Made by a program: the position numbers and the translations under genes
In this document: piece by piece, positions 1 through 10,363 of the stretch
Layout: every line of letters begins with the position of its first letter
Position numbering within the stretch: the stretch's first letter is position 1
Source of the DNA: Paramoeba atlantica
Lineage: Eukaryota; Protista; Discosea
DNA length: 64,000 bases
Direction of reading: 5' to 3'
NCBI GenBank assembly: GCA_977017575.1
Contig: CDRNVI010000072.1
Location: forward strand, 21,933-85,932
Notes under the pieces: generated by a model
The model's input: the letters and a program-made list of their open reading frames with translations, nothing else
Told to the model about the DNA's origin: nothing
Database searches by the model: none

Positions 1-80
1 GGTCCACTCGGGGCCACTTGGGGCCACCAAGGCCCACTAGGGGCCACACTGGGCCACTCGGGCCCTGCATTGGGTCCTCT
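1..80. repeat. ~10-bp GC-rich minisatellite (GGGCCACT-like), cut by the window edge
   Basis: Units ggtccactcg/gggccacttg/gggccaccaa/ggcccactag/gggccacact/gggccactcg recur at 10-bp spacing. Confidence 0.8.
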
Positions 81-83
81 GTA

Positions 84-269
84 ATCAAGGCTAAAGTGGG
101 CGAGGGAGATACCGATAACACAGATGCGGCGGCTTCCTACAGAAAAAATGGCATTCCCCTTTTGATATGAAAGCACTCGGGTACATACAAAGTAAGAGAT
201 ACCATCTTTCCTGTGCGAAGCCGCCGCATCTGTGTTATCGGTATCTCCCTCGTCCACTTTAGCCTGGAT
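84..269. mobile_element. Foldback MITE, family GAGGGAGATAC, copy A
   Basis: ~75-bp inverted arms (atcaaggctaaagtgggcgagggagataccgataacacagatgcggcggcttc... and its reverse complement ending cctggat). TA on both flanks. Confidence 0.8.
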
Positions 270-431
270 TATGTCGTTCTTCTGCGTTTTATGAACGCTT
301 TTCCTTACATTTCTTTCGCATGAATGCACCGAATGCGAATAATAAGTGTAAAACACACTTATTATTCGCATTCGGTGCAAAATACATTTATTATTCGCAT
401 TTTTTTCTTATTCGCACGCGAATAATATCCG

Positions 432-895
432 TACAGTCGGTTTACTATGATTTACGGAGTAGTGACGTCAAACTTGGTTCAAACCATTGTAAACCCTCCA
501 ACAATCGCTCACTACCACGGATGGCGCACTGGCAAGATGGGGAATGATGAAGCCATGGAGGGTAGGCGTATCACGACGCTTCACCAATTTCCAATGGGTC
601 CGCCCCGTTTTACCAGTGCCTCGAGACTCCGTGACAGTTGCGAACCACCATCCTCTTTTCCGCTGTCTACGGCCCCGATTATACTTCCGTTTGCCGACGA
701 AAGTCTCATCGACCTGCACTCGACTGAATTCATAATTGGACATGGTTTCCTTACGGAGTGGAACGTGGGTGCAGGTGGACTGCACATCAAACACCCACAT
801 GAGAGACCGTGCGCCACCAGTGGCTGCACTGGTGTTCCATTTATAGAGTGTTGTTACAGATCGCCATGTTGTGGAAGGGTGGCCAGCTGGGAGAT
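432..895 (-). pseudogene. Merlin/IS1595-family DDE transposase remnant
   Basis: ORF 468..932 has VQVDETFVGKRKYNRGR and VVSDCWRVY. After an in-frame TGA the frame continues RHYSVNHSK (VNH motif). The HTN..E segment is missing. Confidence 0.85.
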
Positions 896-896
896 A

Positions 897-1100
897 ACCC
901 AGATTGAAAGGGGCGAGGGAGATACGAAGCAACAGGCCTGGAAGATTCCCACTGAAAAGAAATGGTATCTTCCCGCACGAGAAAAGCCTTTGCGCTTGCT
1001 AGCTCGGAGACGAACTTCGTGCGAGGAGATACCATTTCTTTTCAGTGGGAATCTTCCAGGCCTGTTGCTTCGTATCTCCCTCGCCCCTTTCAATCTGGGT
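897..1100. mobile_element. Foldback MITE, family GAGGGAGATAC, copy B (204 bp)
   Basis: Arms acccagattgaaaggggcgagggagatacgaagcaacaggcctggaagattcccactgaaaagaaatggtatct and its reverse complement. Near-identical copy at 22624-22827. Confidence 0.85.
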
Positions 1101-1140
1101 TTATTATATTTACTTAACATACCTATACCTTGATAACATA

Positions 1141-1489
1141 AAGGGGGGTTCGTCTATTATTAACAACCATCTATTATTAAAAATGGTATTATTTCATCTA
1201 TTATTAACATTCATCTATTATTAACAAGAATTAATTTTCTTCATTTTTCGCATCTTCCCTAAAGGAAAATTCGCTAAAACTAACTTTCATGGAGCTTTTT
1301 TTCGTAAAAGTTGGGTTATTCTTGGGGACAAGCGTAGTAAACAAGCCGAAAATAAGCCGAAAAGGTCTATTGTTAATAATAGATGAAAAATTCATCTATT
1401 ATTGAAAAAGGGGGTATTATTTCATCTATTATTAACAAACCGTCTATTATTAACAAAAACGTTTGTTAATAATAGACGAACCCCCCCTT
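1141..1489. mobile_element. TIR element (MITE) flanked by a 21-bp direct repeat
   Basis: TIR aaggggggttcgtctattattaacaa / ttgttaataatagacgaaccccccctt, with many internal TCTATTATTAA motifs. tacctataccttgataacata occurs at both 1120-1140 and 1490-1510. Confidence 0.85.
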
Positions 1490-2153
1490 TACCTATACCT
1501 TGATAACATACCGGGGGGTATGTTAAATGGGTATGTGGTTTATGTCCCAGGGCTACGCTCACAGTTGGGTATCTATAGAATTCAGATCTCCCAGTACTAC
1601 GCTTTCATGGGGGTTAGAGCGAACGCGTACATGTGTCTATAAATTCAAGAAAAGAGGAAAAGACATTTCAATATATATTTTTGACTGGCACATTCTTGCT
1701 AAAGCCTCTCGCACTTTCACCCCTTGAGGATTGATCCTTGACGCAATGAAGCGCCGTTGCCTTTGATACGTCGGACCGTTCGTAAACTGGTCCAATCTTT
1801 TTCACTACTTTTGAGTCCGAATCGCTAAGACAAACATTCAATTTCTCTTGCATCGTCAAACACACTTTAGAAGTCCTAGGTGTGCTGATAGAGAGAGAAT
1901 GAAGTGCCTTGGTGGAGGACGGCTGACGACTGGGGGAACCAAATTATTTTTTGCGTTGAACGACATTTTCATGTCGTTCATCCCAAATTTTAATGACTTA
2001 AACAATTGAAAAACTAGAAGTCAGTATGGAAGGAAATACTTTTTTAATAGTTTTTTAGTGTCTCTATCACACGTTCAACGTACGGCAACGATTCGTTTGA
2101 ACGACCCCTATAAAATTTATCCACATAAGAATATCTTAATTCAGTAACGTGTA

Positions 2154-2888
2154 ATGGACTACCAGCCCTCCAAAGTGCGTCCCTCCAAAGTGCGAGGCGT
2201 AAATATGCCACAAGAAATGGACCTTGAACGTCTAATTAGTGGTGTTTCCAAACCACACGAAAGTTGGAGTTCACGGACACCAGCATGTCAGTGGATAGGC
2301 ATAGAATGCAATCTCGACGAACAAGTCACGAAAATATTTTGGGCTCGTCGATCACTCCGTGGGCACTTGAATTTTTCGCACATCCCAATCTCAGTACTGC
2401 GTTTCGATGTTGAAGAAAACATGTTAACTGGTGGAGTATTTTTGAGTGGCTTGTCTCCGTTAGTGAATCTTAAAGATTCCATTATTGGTAGGAATGAGTT
2501 TACTGGAAATCCGGACCTTACAGTTTTACCGCAAAATTTGTCGTCGACATGGATGGAGCAGAACAAACTTTCGGGTGAAGTATGTCTTACCCAATTACCT
2601 ACTGAATTGAAGCATCTCGACATCAGTTGCAATGAATTAACTGGGAATATTGATCTGCGGTCTCTCCCGAGTACTCTACGTAGTTTATATATGAACCAAA
2701 ATTTATTTGAAGGAATTGTGGACTTGTCACATCTTCCACAAAAGCTTGATGACTTCTTTATTGATGACAATGAACTGTTGGAAGGTACCATAATGTTAAG
2801 CAGCCTCCCTGCTAATTTAAAAGGTGAGGTTTTACGGATGACGAGAAATACTAAGCTTATTGTTGCTTCGGAATCTCTCTTGGGGTAA
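2154..2888 (+). CDS. Leucine-rich repeat protein (LRR family member 1)
   Basis: N-cap SWSSRTPACQWIGIEC followed by LxxLxxxxNxLxGxxDLxxLP repeats. Single exon. A 15-bp tandem duplication gives PSKVRPSKVRG. Confidence 0.9.
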   Translation: MDYQPSKVRPSKVRGVNMPQEMDLERLISGVSKPHESWSSRTPACQWIGIECNLDEQVTKIFWARRSLRGHLNFSHIPISVLRFDVEENMLTGGVFLSGLSPLVNLKDSIIGRNEFTGNPDLTVLPQNLSSTWMEQNKLSGEVCLTQLPTELKHLDISCNELTGNIDLRSLPSTLRSLYMNQNLFEGIVDLSHLPQKLDDFFIDDNELLEGTIMLSSLPANLKGEVLRMTRNTKLIVASESLLG

Positions 2889-2994
2889 TCTACATAATCT
2901 CTCTCGGGGTAGAGTGTGTTTTGTTTTCGCAAATATCTCACTTTTCTTACACCGGACTGGATTTATAAACATAAATCCAAAACGTATATAATTT

Positions 2995-3330
2995 AGTCGC
3001 TTCGTTAAACGCGGTGGTTGTTTTCAACATAGCAGTCACTCATGCTGCGAGCTTCGCGTTAAAAACTACCTCCGGGTTCAAAACAAGCGACTAAAAAAGA
3101 AAAATTGAATAGGAAACCTAAAGATATCGGAAGGATTCGAGCCAAACATAGCAGATTTGGGGTAAAAATGGGGGCATTTTCGCATTTTTTGGTTCTTAGA
3201 GCACTAAGTCCGACATTCGCGTGTGGGCAATCGCTCGTAGACATGAATTAAAACCTGCAGAACGTAATGGGTAAAGAATGCGACTCCAACCACACCATTA
3301 TTCCGACAGAAAAGTACCCCTTTGGAACCA
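2995..3330. repeat. ~97-bp TA-flanked palindrome plus conserved tail (dispersed repeat, copy P1)
   Basis: tagtcgcttcgttaaacgcgg...aagcgacta. The tail matches the reverse complement of ~22260-22495 (e.g. aacgtaatgggta.agaatgcgactccaaccacaccatt). Confidence 0.75.
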
Positions 3331-4354
3331 CGGCTCCAGGGAGCGGTATCTTAAAAAAATATTGTTCTTTTTTATCTTCTTATCTGCTCATCTGTTCTTC
3401 TTATATGTGCATCTGTGCTTGCACTCGCCTACACTCACTGTTGATGGGGCAGCGCGCCTTGTGGGGGAAATATTTGCACTCCCCCCACAGGTCTATCAGA
3501 TGCGCATTAAAATCTGTCGTGATGTTTGTTGTCCTTACTGGATCTGGAAGAGTTCGGTAAATGCCGTTTGCAGCATTCGTGTGGACATGCTTCCTTATCG
3601 GTACACTTATTTTGGCATTCAGTCGTGCGCACGTCAGGTCCGGTACACTTTGTGTCAACTGCTCCGTGGGTTGAAAAGGATACTTCTCTGGGAAGTATTG
3701 CCATTTGGAATCTGAAATGGCTCTGATTGTAGTGGCTGTGGCCTGCTCTGTGTGAAATGGTGGTATTGACTCCCATCCTGTCCTACACTCTTCCGTATCT
3801 GTGTACCATTTCCGAAATCGACAGTATGTTGGTAGACGTTTCAAGTGTGGTGCGCACTTGGTCGGTCGTGTCCCATACCCACTCTGGAACTTTGTCCTCC
3901 GGGCTTGGTAAGAGGGGTCACAAGAGTCCACATCCGACCTTCAGGATCTCTTGGGCGTGGAGACGGAGGAGGGATTGGAGTAAACGATCAAGAGGAGTTA
4001 CACTGGTGGATAGATAAGAGGGTGGGTAAAGTATTGATGAAAAAGGACGAAAGTTGAAAAAAGCACTGCTCCGTGCAATAATATTTTTTCGTCTATTATC
4101 CGACAAAAATCTACCCTAAATTGACCCTATTTTTTTGAGAAACAAATGCTTTTATTTTCGTTTTTTACAATTCTTTTTCGTAATTTTGCGTACGTCTGGT
4201 ACGTTCCTTTCGTATTTCCGCATTGATTTCGTCTATATGGGCTGTCTAGGGTGCGCACCATTAGCCGGAATAATATTGGTGACTTCAATTCTACTGAAAA
4301 CTACTGAAAATGTTGTTCTATGGATGAAAAATCATTCTTCGGGGCGTACACTCC

Positions 4355-4676
4355 TTGTTTTCGCTGTGGAGAGCGGCTTCGCTAACTTTTTTAAAAGAAT
4401 TTGAGGACGCACCCAAGTGTGGTTTAGAAGTGCCAGGATTCGGTCTCTTTTTTATCACCAAATGCCGAATCGTTGATGAAACCCGTGGCTGGCTTCTTAT
4501 TGCGAGCCACAGATCGCCGTTACCGTGTATACTGGCACCGGGGGAACTCAAGGTACGTGCCCAGACCACCTTAGAGGGAACAGATGCAAGCATATTTATT
4601 TTGTTTTGATGAAGGAACTTCATGATGAAAAACATCTGGCTGTTTTGAAATCTGAATTCACTACACGGGAACTTTC
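4355..4676 (+). pseudogene. Frameshifted SWIM zinc-finger gene remnant interrupted by a Merlin element
   Basis: GTCPDHLRGNRCKHIYFVLMKEL fits the CxC-xn-CxH SWIM pattern with the first Cys changed to Gly. Excising 4677-6286 lets the frame read ..TRELSIHILKCYETMH. Confidence 0.6.
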
Positions 4677-6278
4677 GGCCAAAGTAAAGGAATATTGCAT
4701 AAGTCAAGGAATATTGCATAAGTCAAGGAATATTGCATAAGTCAAGGAATATTGCATAAGTCAAGGAATATTGCATAAGTCAAGGAACATTGCGTAAGTC
4801 AGGGAATATTGCATAAATCAAGAAGCACTTCTGTCCTCCCGGTGAGGCCCCGGAGTTGCGAGAGGCCTCCATACCCCACAACTACCACCTTCCCCCCATA
4901 TTTAGCGGGGGTCGCTCGAGCGACCCCTGATAAATGGGGGGAAAGTGGTAGTTGTTTCGAGGAATATGAAAGGCCGAACGCACGGAGGTGACGGCCGGGT
5001 CACTGAGGTAAGACAGTCCTAGGACCTCCTACGTTACTTCTAGCATGTCAACACGTACAACCGTTATATGATAAATACTGTTACAAGATAGGGGAATGTA
5101 ATATCTTTCAAATACGAGCGTAGAAGAATATGAGTGTTGCTAACGTGGACAATTCTGGAAGAAACAATTCTGGAAGGAGTAGCATCTTGTTCCTGTTGTT
5201 TCCTCTTCGTCGTCCCGGAAAAAACACACCTGGGCGCAAAACATGCGGATGTCTTGAAAGATGCGACGAATACGGGAGATGCCATTGACCGTTAGAGAAT
5301 CATTATCAAGTTCAGCAAAGAGCTTCATGCGGTTGGTACGGACGTCCTCTGCATTGCCAGGGCGACCGCCCCGACTTTTTAGCTCCTTTTTGAGACTTGA
5401 ATTAGCTGCCTCCACGGTGTTCGTGTGAACACCAGTTGCAGCCACCTACTCCTTCTTGTGGTTTACTACATCGCTGCGCCACTCTCTACTTAGGCACTTG
5501 CTTGCTGCGGCACCGTCCGTATATACGTATTTGGGTACGATAATTTTTAGCGGCATGTCGGACATGTGCTGTCATGGTGGCTGCGTCCGTCCTTTCCAGA
5601 TACCGAACAAAGATTTCCTTCATGGGATAATGCACCTCTCCGGTGGTATCAAGCACTTGATCACAATTCACAAGTGTATGGTACCAGGAAGATCCATCAC
5701 GATGTGCTCTTTTCCCTTTCCCACATCCCATGAGTTTACTCTTGGAAACACAAGTCTCGTCTTTTTGCATAAAGACTACCGTTCCTTCCACCGCATCAAA
5801 GCGCATGTCGTGCGCCATGGCAATTATGAACTCAAGCATTTGCGTGACAGCCATAACAGTCACTCTACTCAGCGTACTTTCGCGCAAAATATGCTTGACT
5901 GCTATTCTTTGAGCCAAACTATATAGGATCTGCAAAGTGTCTTTGATGCCCCGTTTGCTCTCCTGACTAAAAAGGGGTTCCATGATGCTGTACCGAGCTC
6001 GGCAACCGTTGGTCTCCAGGTCAGGGCAATACCAAAACTCTCCGTCGCAGACGCAGGATAACTCCTTATTTCCATGGTACTTTTTTTGTTACACCGGACC
6101 TGTTGTTTCTCCACTCGTGTCCCCAAAATTGGTGAAAGACAGATGCTCAAAGCAAATAAAGTCGTCGCAAGCCTCACAAAACCAGTTCACACTACGCAGG
6201 CATGAAAAAAAAAGAAATAACACAATTTACGGCTTATGCAATATTCCTTTACTTATGCAATATTCTTTGACTTTCCCC
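4677..6278 (-). mobile_element. Full-length (1602 bp) decayed Merlin DNA transposon
   Basis: Ends GGCCAAAGT../..ACTTTCCCC. The TIRs are built from a 19-bp unit aaggaatattgcataagtc (7 copies left, 2 right). 8-bp TSD gaactttc (4669-4676) / gaattttc (6279-6286). Confidence 0.85.
5140..6177 (-). pseudogene. Merlin-type DDE transposase with frameshifts and a premature stop
   Basis: Joined frames give DGEFWYCP..GCRARYSI (N-terminal Cys motif), MQKDETCVSK (D1), VYTDGAAA (D2), VVNHKKE*VAATGVHTNTVEAAN (E). Confidence 0.85.
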
Positions 6279-6323
6279 GAATTTTCAATACATATTCTAA
6301 AGTGTTATGAAACAATGCATGTA

Positions 6324-7075
6324 AACCCTGTTCCGGGTTAATGTGTCTAGATCTACTTATTGTTCAGGGGGGGCACAATAAGTGGAAATGACCGCTATTA
6401 TTGTGCCCCCCCTCCAAAATATTGGGGATCCCATATTTTGGAGGGGGGGTTTATTCCCATTGTCTCAAAATTAACTTTGTTCAACACCGCATTCCTTAAA
6501 TATACTCCCCCTGTCATTAATAATGATAATCTTAAAAACATTGTCATTCTACGTGGTGAAGACTCTTAAAAGATTATCAACTTTATTTCATGCACGCAGG
6601 ATTTTCTTACAAAAAATTTTGTGTCTTAAAAAAACAGTATTTTGAACTAAACAACTACTGGTAAGGTTTCAAAAACGGCCCAAATTTGGGCTAAAATTTC
6701 GCAATTTTTGCCGAAAAATCGCGCTTTTTCACCCAAAAAAGGAGATTGTTCACAATGTTTTGGCAATTTTTCTTTTTTAGGCTCTTCGTTAAACGCGGAG
6801 GTAGTTTTCAACGCGAAGCGCACAGCGTGAGTGACTTCTAAGTTGAAAACAACCGCCGCGTTTAACGAAGAGCCTAAAATTAATGACAGGGGGAGTAACT
6901 AATTCTGCACATAAAGAGGTTTGTCCATAAAAAAAAGCGCCGCGAATTGTTTTAATCTTTTTTTGGTTTTTCCAGTATTTAGTTATTGTTCCTAGAGCCA
7001 CGTATTGTGCCTAGAGCCAGTTATTGTGCAGGGGGTGGGGGGGGGGGGGGGGGCACAATAACCCGGAACACGGTT
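6324..7075. mobile_element. TA-flanked TIR element (outer element of a nest)
   Basis: aaccctgttccgggttaatgtgtc / ggcacaataacccggaacacggtt, inserted at catg-TA-catg. Exact termini are inferred. A related solo end lies at ~25790-25866. Confidence 0.65.
6505..6895. mobile_element. Stowaway-like MITE nested in 6324-7075; carries palindrome copy P2 (6778-6876)
   Basis: Perfect 16-bp TIR CTCCCCCTGTCATTAA with TA on both sides. Confidence 0.85.
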
Positions 7076-7356
7076 TACATGACATTTGTGAACGTTTGTA
7101 ACTGCCTATTGTTCTGGAAATGTGTTGAAATGTGTTTTAGAAGTGTTGAAGCTATAAGCTTTATTCAAAAATTAATAAAACAATTAGTGAAAAAAATTAC
7201 CTGTTTTTGAACTTTAGGGTTCATTTTTTCCGGAATACTTTCCTTTTTTGTCCCTTCGTTACAAACCGTGGTTCTTTTCAACCTTCAAAAGGCACTACAT
7301 CTTACCCGCTTTTTTTCTTTTCCCTTCCTTTTCCCTCTTTCCTGTATATTCCCCCT

Positions 7357-8001
7357 ATGTCTCCCCTCTTTATCATGGCCTCGGACCCCTCCCCCCCACC
7401 GGGACGTGGCTCCACACCCTCCAAGCTTGCCTCCACCACACTCCCCCCGGAGTTTCACCTCTCCCGTTTCCTCCATCCCCTCACCAACCCGCACAGCTCA
7501 TGGGAGACCTCCCACGCGGCCTGTGAATGGGAGGGGGTGAAGTGTAACGACCAGAAGCAACTCGTCGCGTTGCTCTGGCAGGGGAGGGGGTTGAAAGGGG
7601 GGGTGGCCTGGGAGCACCTGCGGGTACTCCCGGCTACCCTAGTGGAGATCCACCTCGGGGAGGGTCACTTGTTTGACCGGAATGAGCTGCACGGGACGGT
7701 GGACTGGGGCGCGCTTCCGCGGGCCCTGGAGAAGCTGTCGTTGTCGTACAACCAGTTTGAGGGGGGTGTGGTGTTTTCGGAGCTCCCGCGGACGCTGCGG
7801 GAGTTGGATGTGGAGGCGAATCGGTTTTCGGGGGAGGTGGATTTTGAGGCGATCCCGGAGGATATGTTTGCGTGTGTGTTGTCGCATAATTGGAAACTGC
7901 GGGGGACGTTGGATTATTCGAAGTTACGAAAACGGGTTATTTTTATGGTATCGAGTACGGAGATTGAGGTAAAGGAAAGGATGATGCAGTTTAGGTTTTA
8001 A
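7357..8001 (+). CDS. Leucine-rich repeat protein (LRR family member 2), GC-rich
   Basis: SWETSHAACEWEGVKC cap plus LRRs. First ATG is at 7357; the ORF track starts at TTG 7207 inside a pyrimidine tract. Confidence 0.85.
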   Translation: MSPLFIMASDPSPPPGRGSTPSKLASTTLPPEFHLSRFLHPLTNPHSSWETSHAACEWEGVKCNDQKQLVALLWQGRGLKGGVAWEHLRVLPATLVEIHLGEGHLFDRNELHGTVDWGALPRALEKLSLSYNQFEGGVVFSELPRTLRELDVEANRFSGEVDFEAIPEDMFACVLSHNWKLRGTLDYSKLRKRVIFMVSSTEIEVKERMMQFRF

Positions 8002-8444
8002 TGGGAATGCGGTGTGAAGAGTTTCAAAAAAAATTGAAGAAGAGTTTCTTTGCTGTTTCCTACGCTGTGTTATGGGAAGATGATTTACATAAAAAGTTGC
8101 TAAAATAGTGGTCGCGTAACTCCTTTTAATAGAAAGAGTAATTTTGGTATCTCATTTGTTTACGCTAATTTTGGTTGGAGCAATTTTGTTGGAGCTCATT
8201 GGAGCAATGAGCAATTGGAGCGAATGTTCATCGTAAAAATTTGTCACATGCTTTTTTCTTTCCCACTTTTCTCCTTTCTATTTTTCGCTGAAAAGTATCC
8301 TAAACTTATCATTGTATTGTTTTTTTCTATTATTTACATGTATAGACGCTTATAAAAGAGTCCGGTGAAGAGCATTCCTTTCAATACGCTGTATGCACTT
8401 TTTACTTTCTGCTTTCATTACTTTTCTTCATTTTTCTTGTTTTC

Positions 8445-8726
8445 ATGACAACTGCAAAAGTATTAAAATTGTATCGCTCGTCTTTGAAAGCGGCACGCGA
8501 TTTCGTAGATTACAATTTTCGTGAATATGCGCTGCGTTCCGTGCGAAACCGATACCGTAGTAACCGTTCAGTCACGAATCCGCAACAGATTGAAGACCTG
8601 ATCCGTGAAGGAGAGAAAAACTTGCAAATTCTTCGCCGACAAGTTCTTATAGGAAAGCTATACGCGTCTAACTCTGTATTTCTGTCTCGCAACTCTGAAA
8701 AATCGGACTCTGAAAAAGTGACTTAG
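8445..8726 (+). CDS. ISD11: LYR-motif protein, Fe-S cluster assembly factor ISD11/LYRM4
   Basis: VLKLYRSSLKAARDFVDYNFREYALRSVRNRYRSN...LRRQVLIGKLY matches the LYRM4/Isd11 pattern (LYR, YNF/YRxYA, RRQVxIGxLY) along its length. Confidence 0.9.
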   Translation: MTTAKVLKLYRSSLKAARDFVDYNFREYALRSVRNRYRSNRSVTNPQQIEDLIREGEKNLQILRRQVLIGKLYASNSVFLSRNSEKSDSEKVT

Positions 8727-8930
8727 CCCTCATATTTGCTCCCTTTAGACAACTGTATATGGACGGAGTAGTTAGTATCTTTTGTGTACGTTCATTCTGG
8801 ATGTGAAAATACATTGAATGTGTTTTTGAATTTTATGTCGTTGTAAAAACGGAAGTATTCTTTCAACTCTATCTAAAGCATACACACAAGTACCAGATCT
8901 TTCTTCATACATTTATACACCCATATTTTC

Positions 8931-9542
8931 ATGAAATCAGAAAAGAAATGTTCTCCATCCAATTCTTTACCAAAAAAGCGATCCGTCTCTTTCGCTACTA
9001 CCATACCTCAGCGCAATGAGTACGTAACCCTTAACCCCTCCAACGTATTTGGCACTTCTCTGTTTGATTACAACATTGCTCGCAAGAAGGAAGAGGACGA
9101 AATTGTGAAACGAAGAATTTTACGTGGATCCCACAGTTTTCACACATCCTTACCCCTCGAAACTCTAAAATCGGCTCCAATCCAAAACGACGGGAGCAAT
9201 AAAATAATAAAAAAAAGCAGCAAGCGTAAAAAGGGTGGGAATCCCTTTATCGATGTAAAAGATTTGAAGGCTACGAAAACCAATGCTAAGAGAACTAAAA
9301 TCCAAGACATATCGAATTGTGAAGACAAATTGATATTCCCTGCCGTGCTAGAAGAAGACTCCACTCACATTCCGATCACTTCTCAGCAAGTGTTTCACCC
9401 TTTTCAGATTCCTACCGCTTTAGACACAAACTGGCTTACGGTTCTGGAGCTAAAGCGGGAACTCTCGACAAGAGCGCTTCCTGTTTTCGGGAATAAAGCT
9501 TCTCTAAGGAAAAGATTAGAAAAAGCACTTAAGGAGTCGTGA
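8931..9542 (+). CDS. Basic protein with C-terminal SAP DNA/RNA-binding domain
   Basis: WLTVLELKRELSTRALPVFGNKASLRKRLEKAL fits the SAP consensus. Lys-rich, NLS-like stretches upstream. Confidence 0.8.
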   Translation: MKSEKKCSPSNSLPKKRSVSFATTIPQRNEYVTLNPSNVFGTSLFDYNIARKKEEDEIVKRRILRGSHSFHTSLPLETLKSAPIQNDGSNKIIKKSSKRKKGGNPFIDVKDLKATKTNAKRTKIQDISNCEDKLIFPAVLEEDSTHIPITSQQVFHPFQIPTALDTNWLTVLELKRELSTRALPVFGNKASLRKRLEKALKES

Positions 9543-9640
9543 ATGGCAAAAAGGGGTCATTAGTCCACTCGATCGGTCTTCAATTTGATATTTCGTTCAA
9601 ATTGATAAAAATATCTTTATGAAAACGCATCTTTAAAATA

Positions 9641-10181
9641 CCGTGGAAACATTAATTAAGAGACACATTAAATAAGGGAACACTAAATAAGGGAATAATT
9701 ATTTTTTGTCGATTTTTGTCATTTTCAGACAATTAATAATTAATAATTATTTTTTCCACCCATGGCCCAGGCACCCCCAAACCCTGCTGAGCGCGCATAG
9801 CAATATTTCAGAGTTTAGGTGAAAAAAACGAAATATGCAACCGAAACGTTCTAATACGTGAAGTATCCACTTATTAACACACTTTCTCGAATTTTCACTT
9901 GTTATCACACAATTCGCTTATTATCACACCTTATTATTATCAAAAAGGTGTGATAATGGGTGTGATAATGTGATAATGGGTGTGATAATAAGGTGTGATC
10001 AAAACGGTGTGATAATGGGTGGTCCCCCCTCTACTTATCTCGTCATCTTTGGCTATTTTCAACTTGATTCCCGCAAAACAATTAAGGGAACATAAAATAA
10101 GGGAACACTAATTAAGGGAATAATTTTTTTTGAAAACCATTTTCCCTTAATTAGTGTAATTCTTAATTAAAGTTTCCACGG
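9641..10181. mobile_element. Tc1/mariner-type MITE (541 bp)
   Basis: TIR CCGTGGAAACWTTAATTAAGA with TA flanks. Subterminal taagggaac repeats and internal gtgtgataatgg repeats. Confidence 0.85.
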
Positions 10182-10363
10182 TATGTATTTTTAAAATGAT
10201 CTTTCATCTATTTTCTCTCACTCTCTTGATTTAATAAAAACTAGTGATTAGTTTTGTACAAACACATATACCAAAATCTCATTATCTCTTTATTCTTTAT
10301 TTCAAAGGTCCTTTTCTTTAATCCTTCTCCTCACACAACAAACACAACCGCACCGTCCGTTTC

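Noticed and set aside
325-379. 25-bp-arm palindrome tgcaccgaatgcgaataataagtgt as a terminator or regulatory hairpin
   Set aside because: It sits among TTATTCGCA repeats at the point where the Merlin frame is truncated, so it is better explained as debris of another transposon end.
3401-4106. Minus-strand ORFs with HVHTN and RTTN motifs as another transposase
   Set aside because: Only isolated short motifs, with no DDE spacing recognisable across frames. Probably a decayed gene of unknown type.
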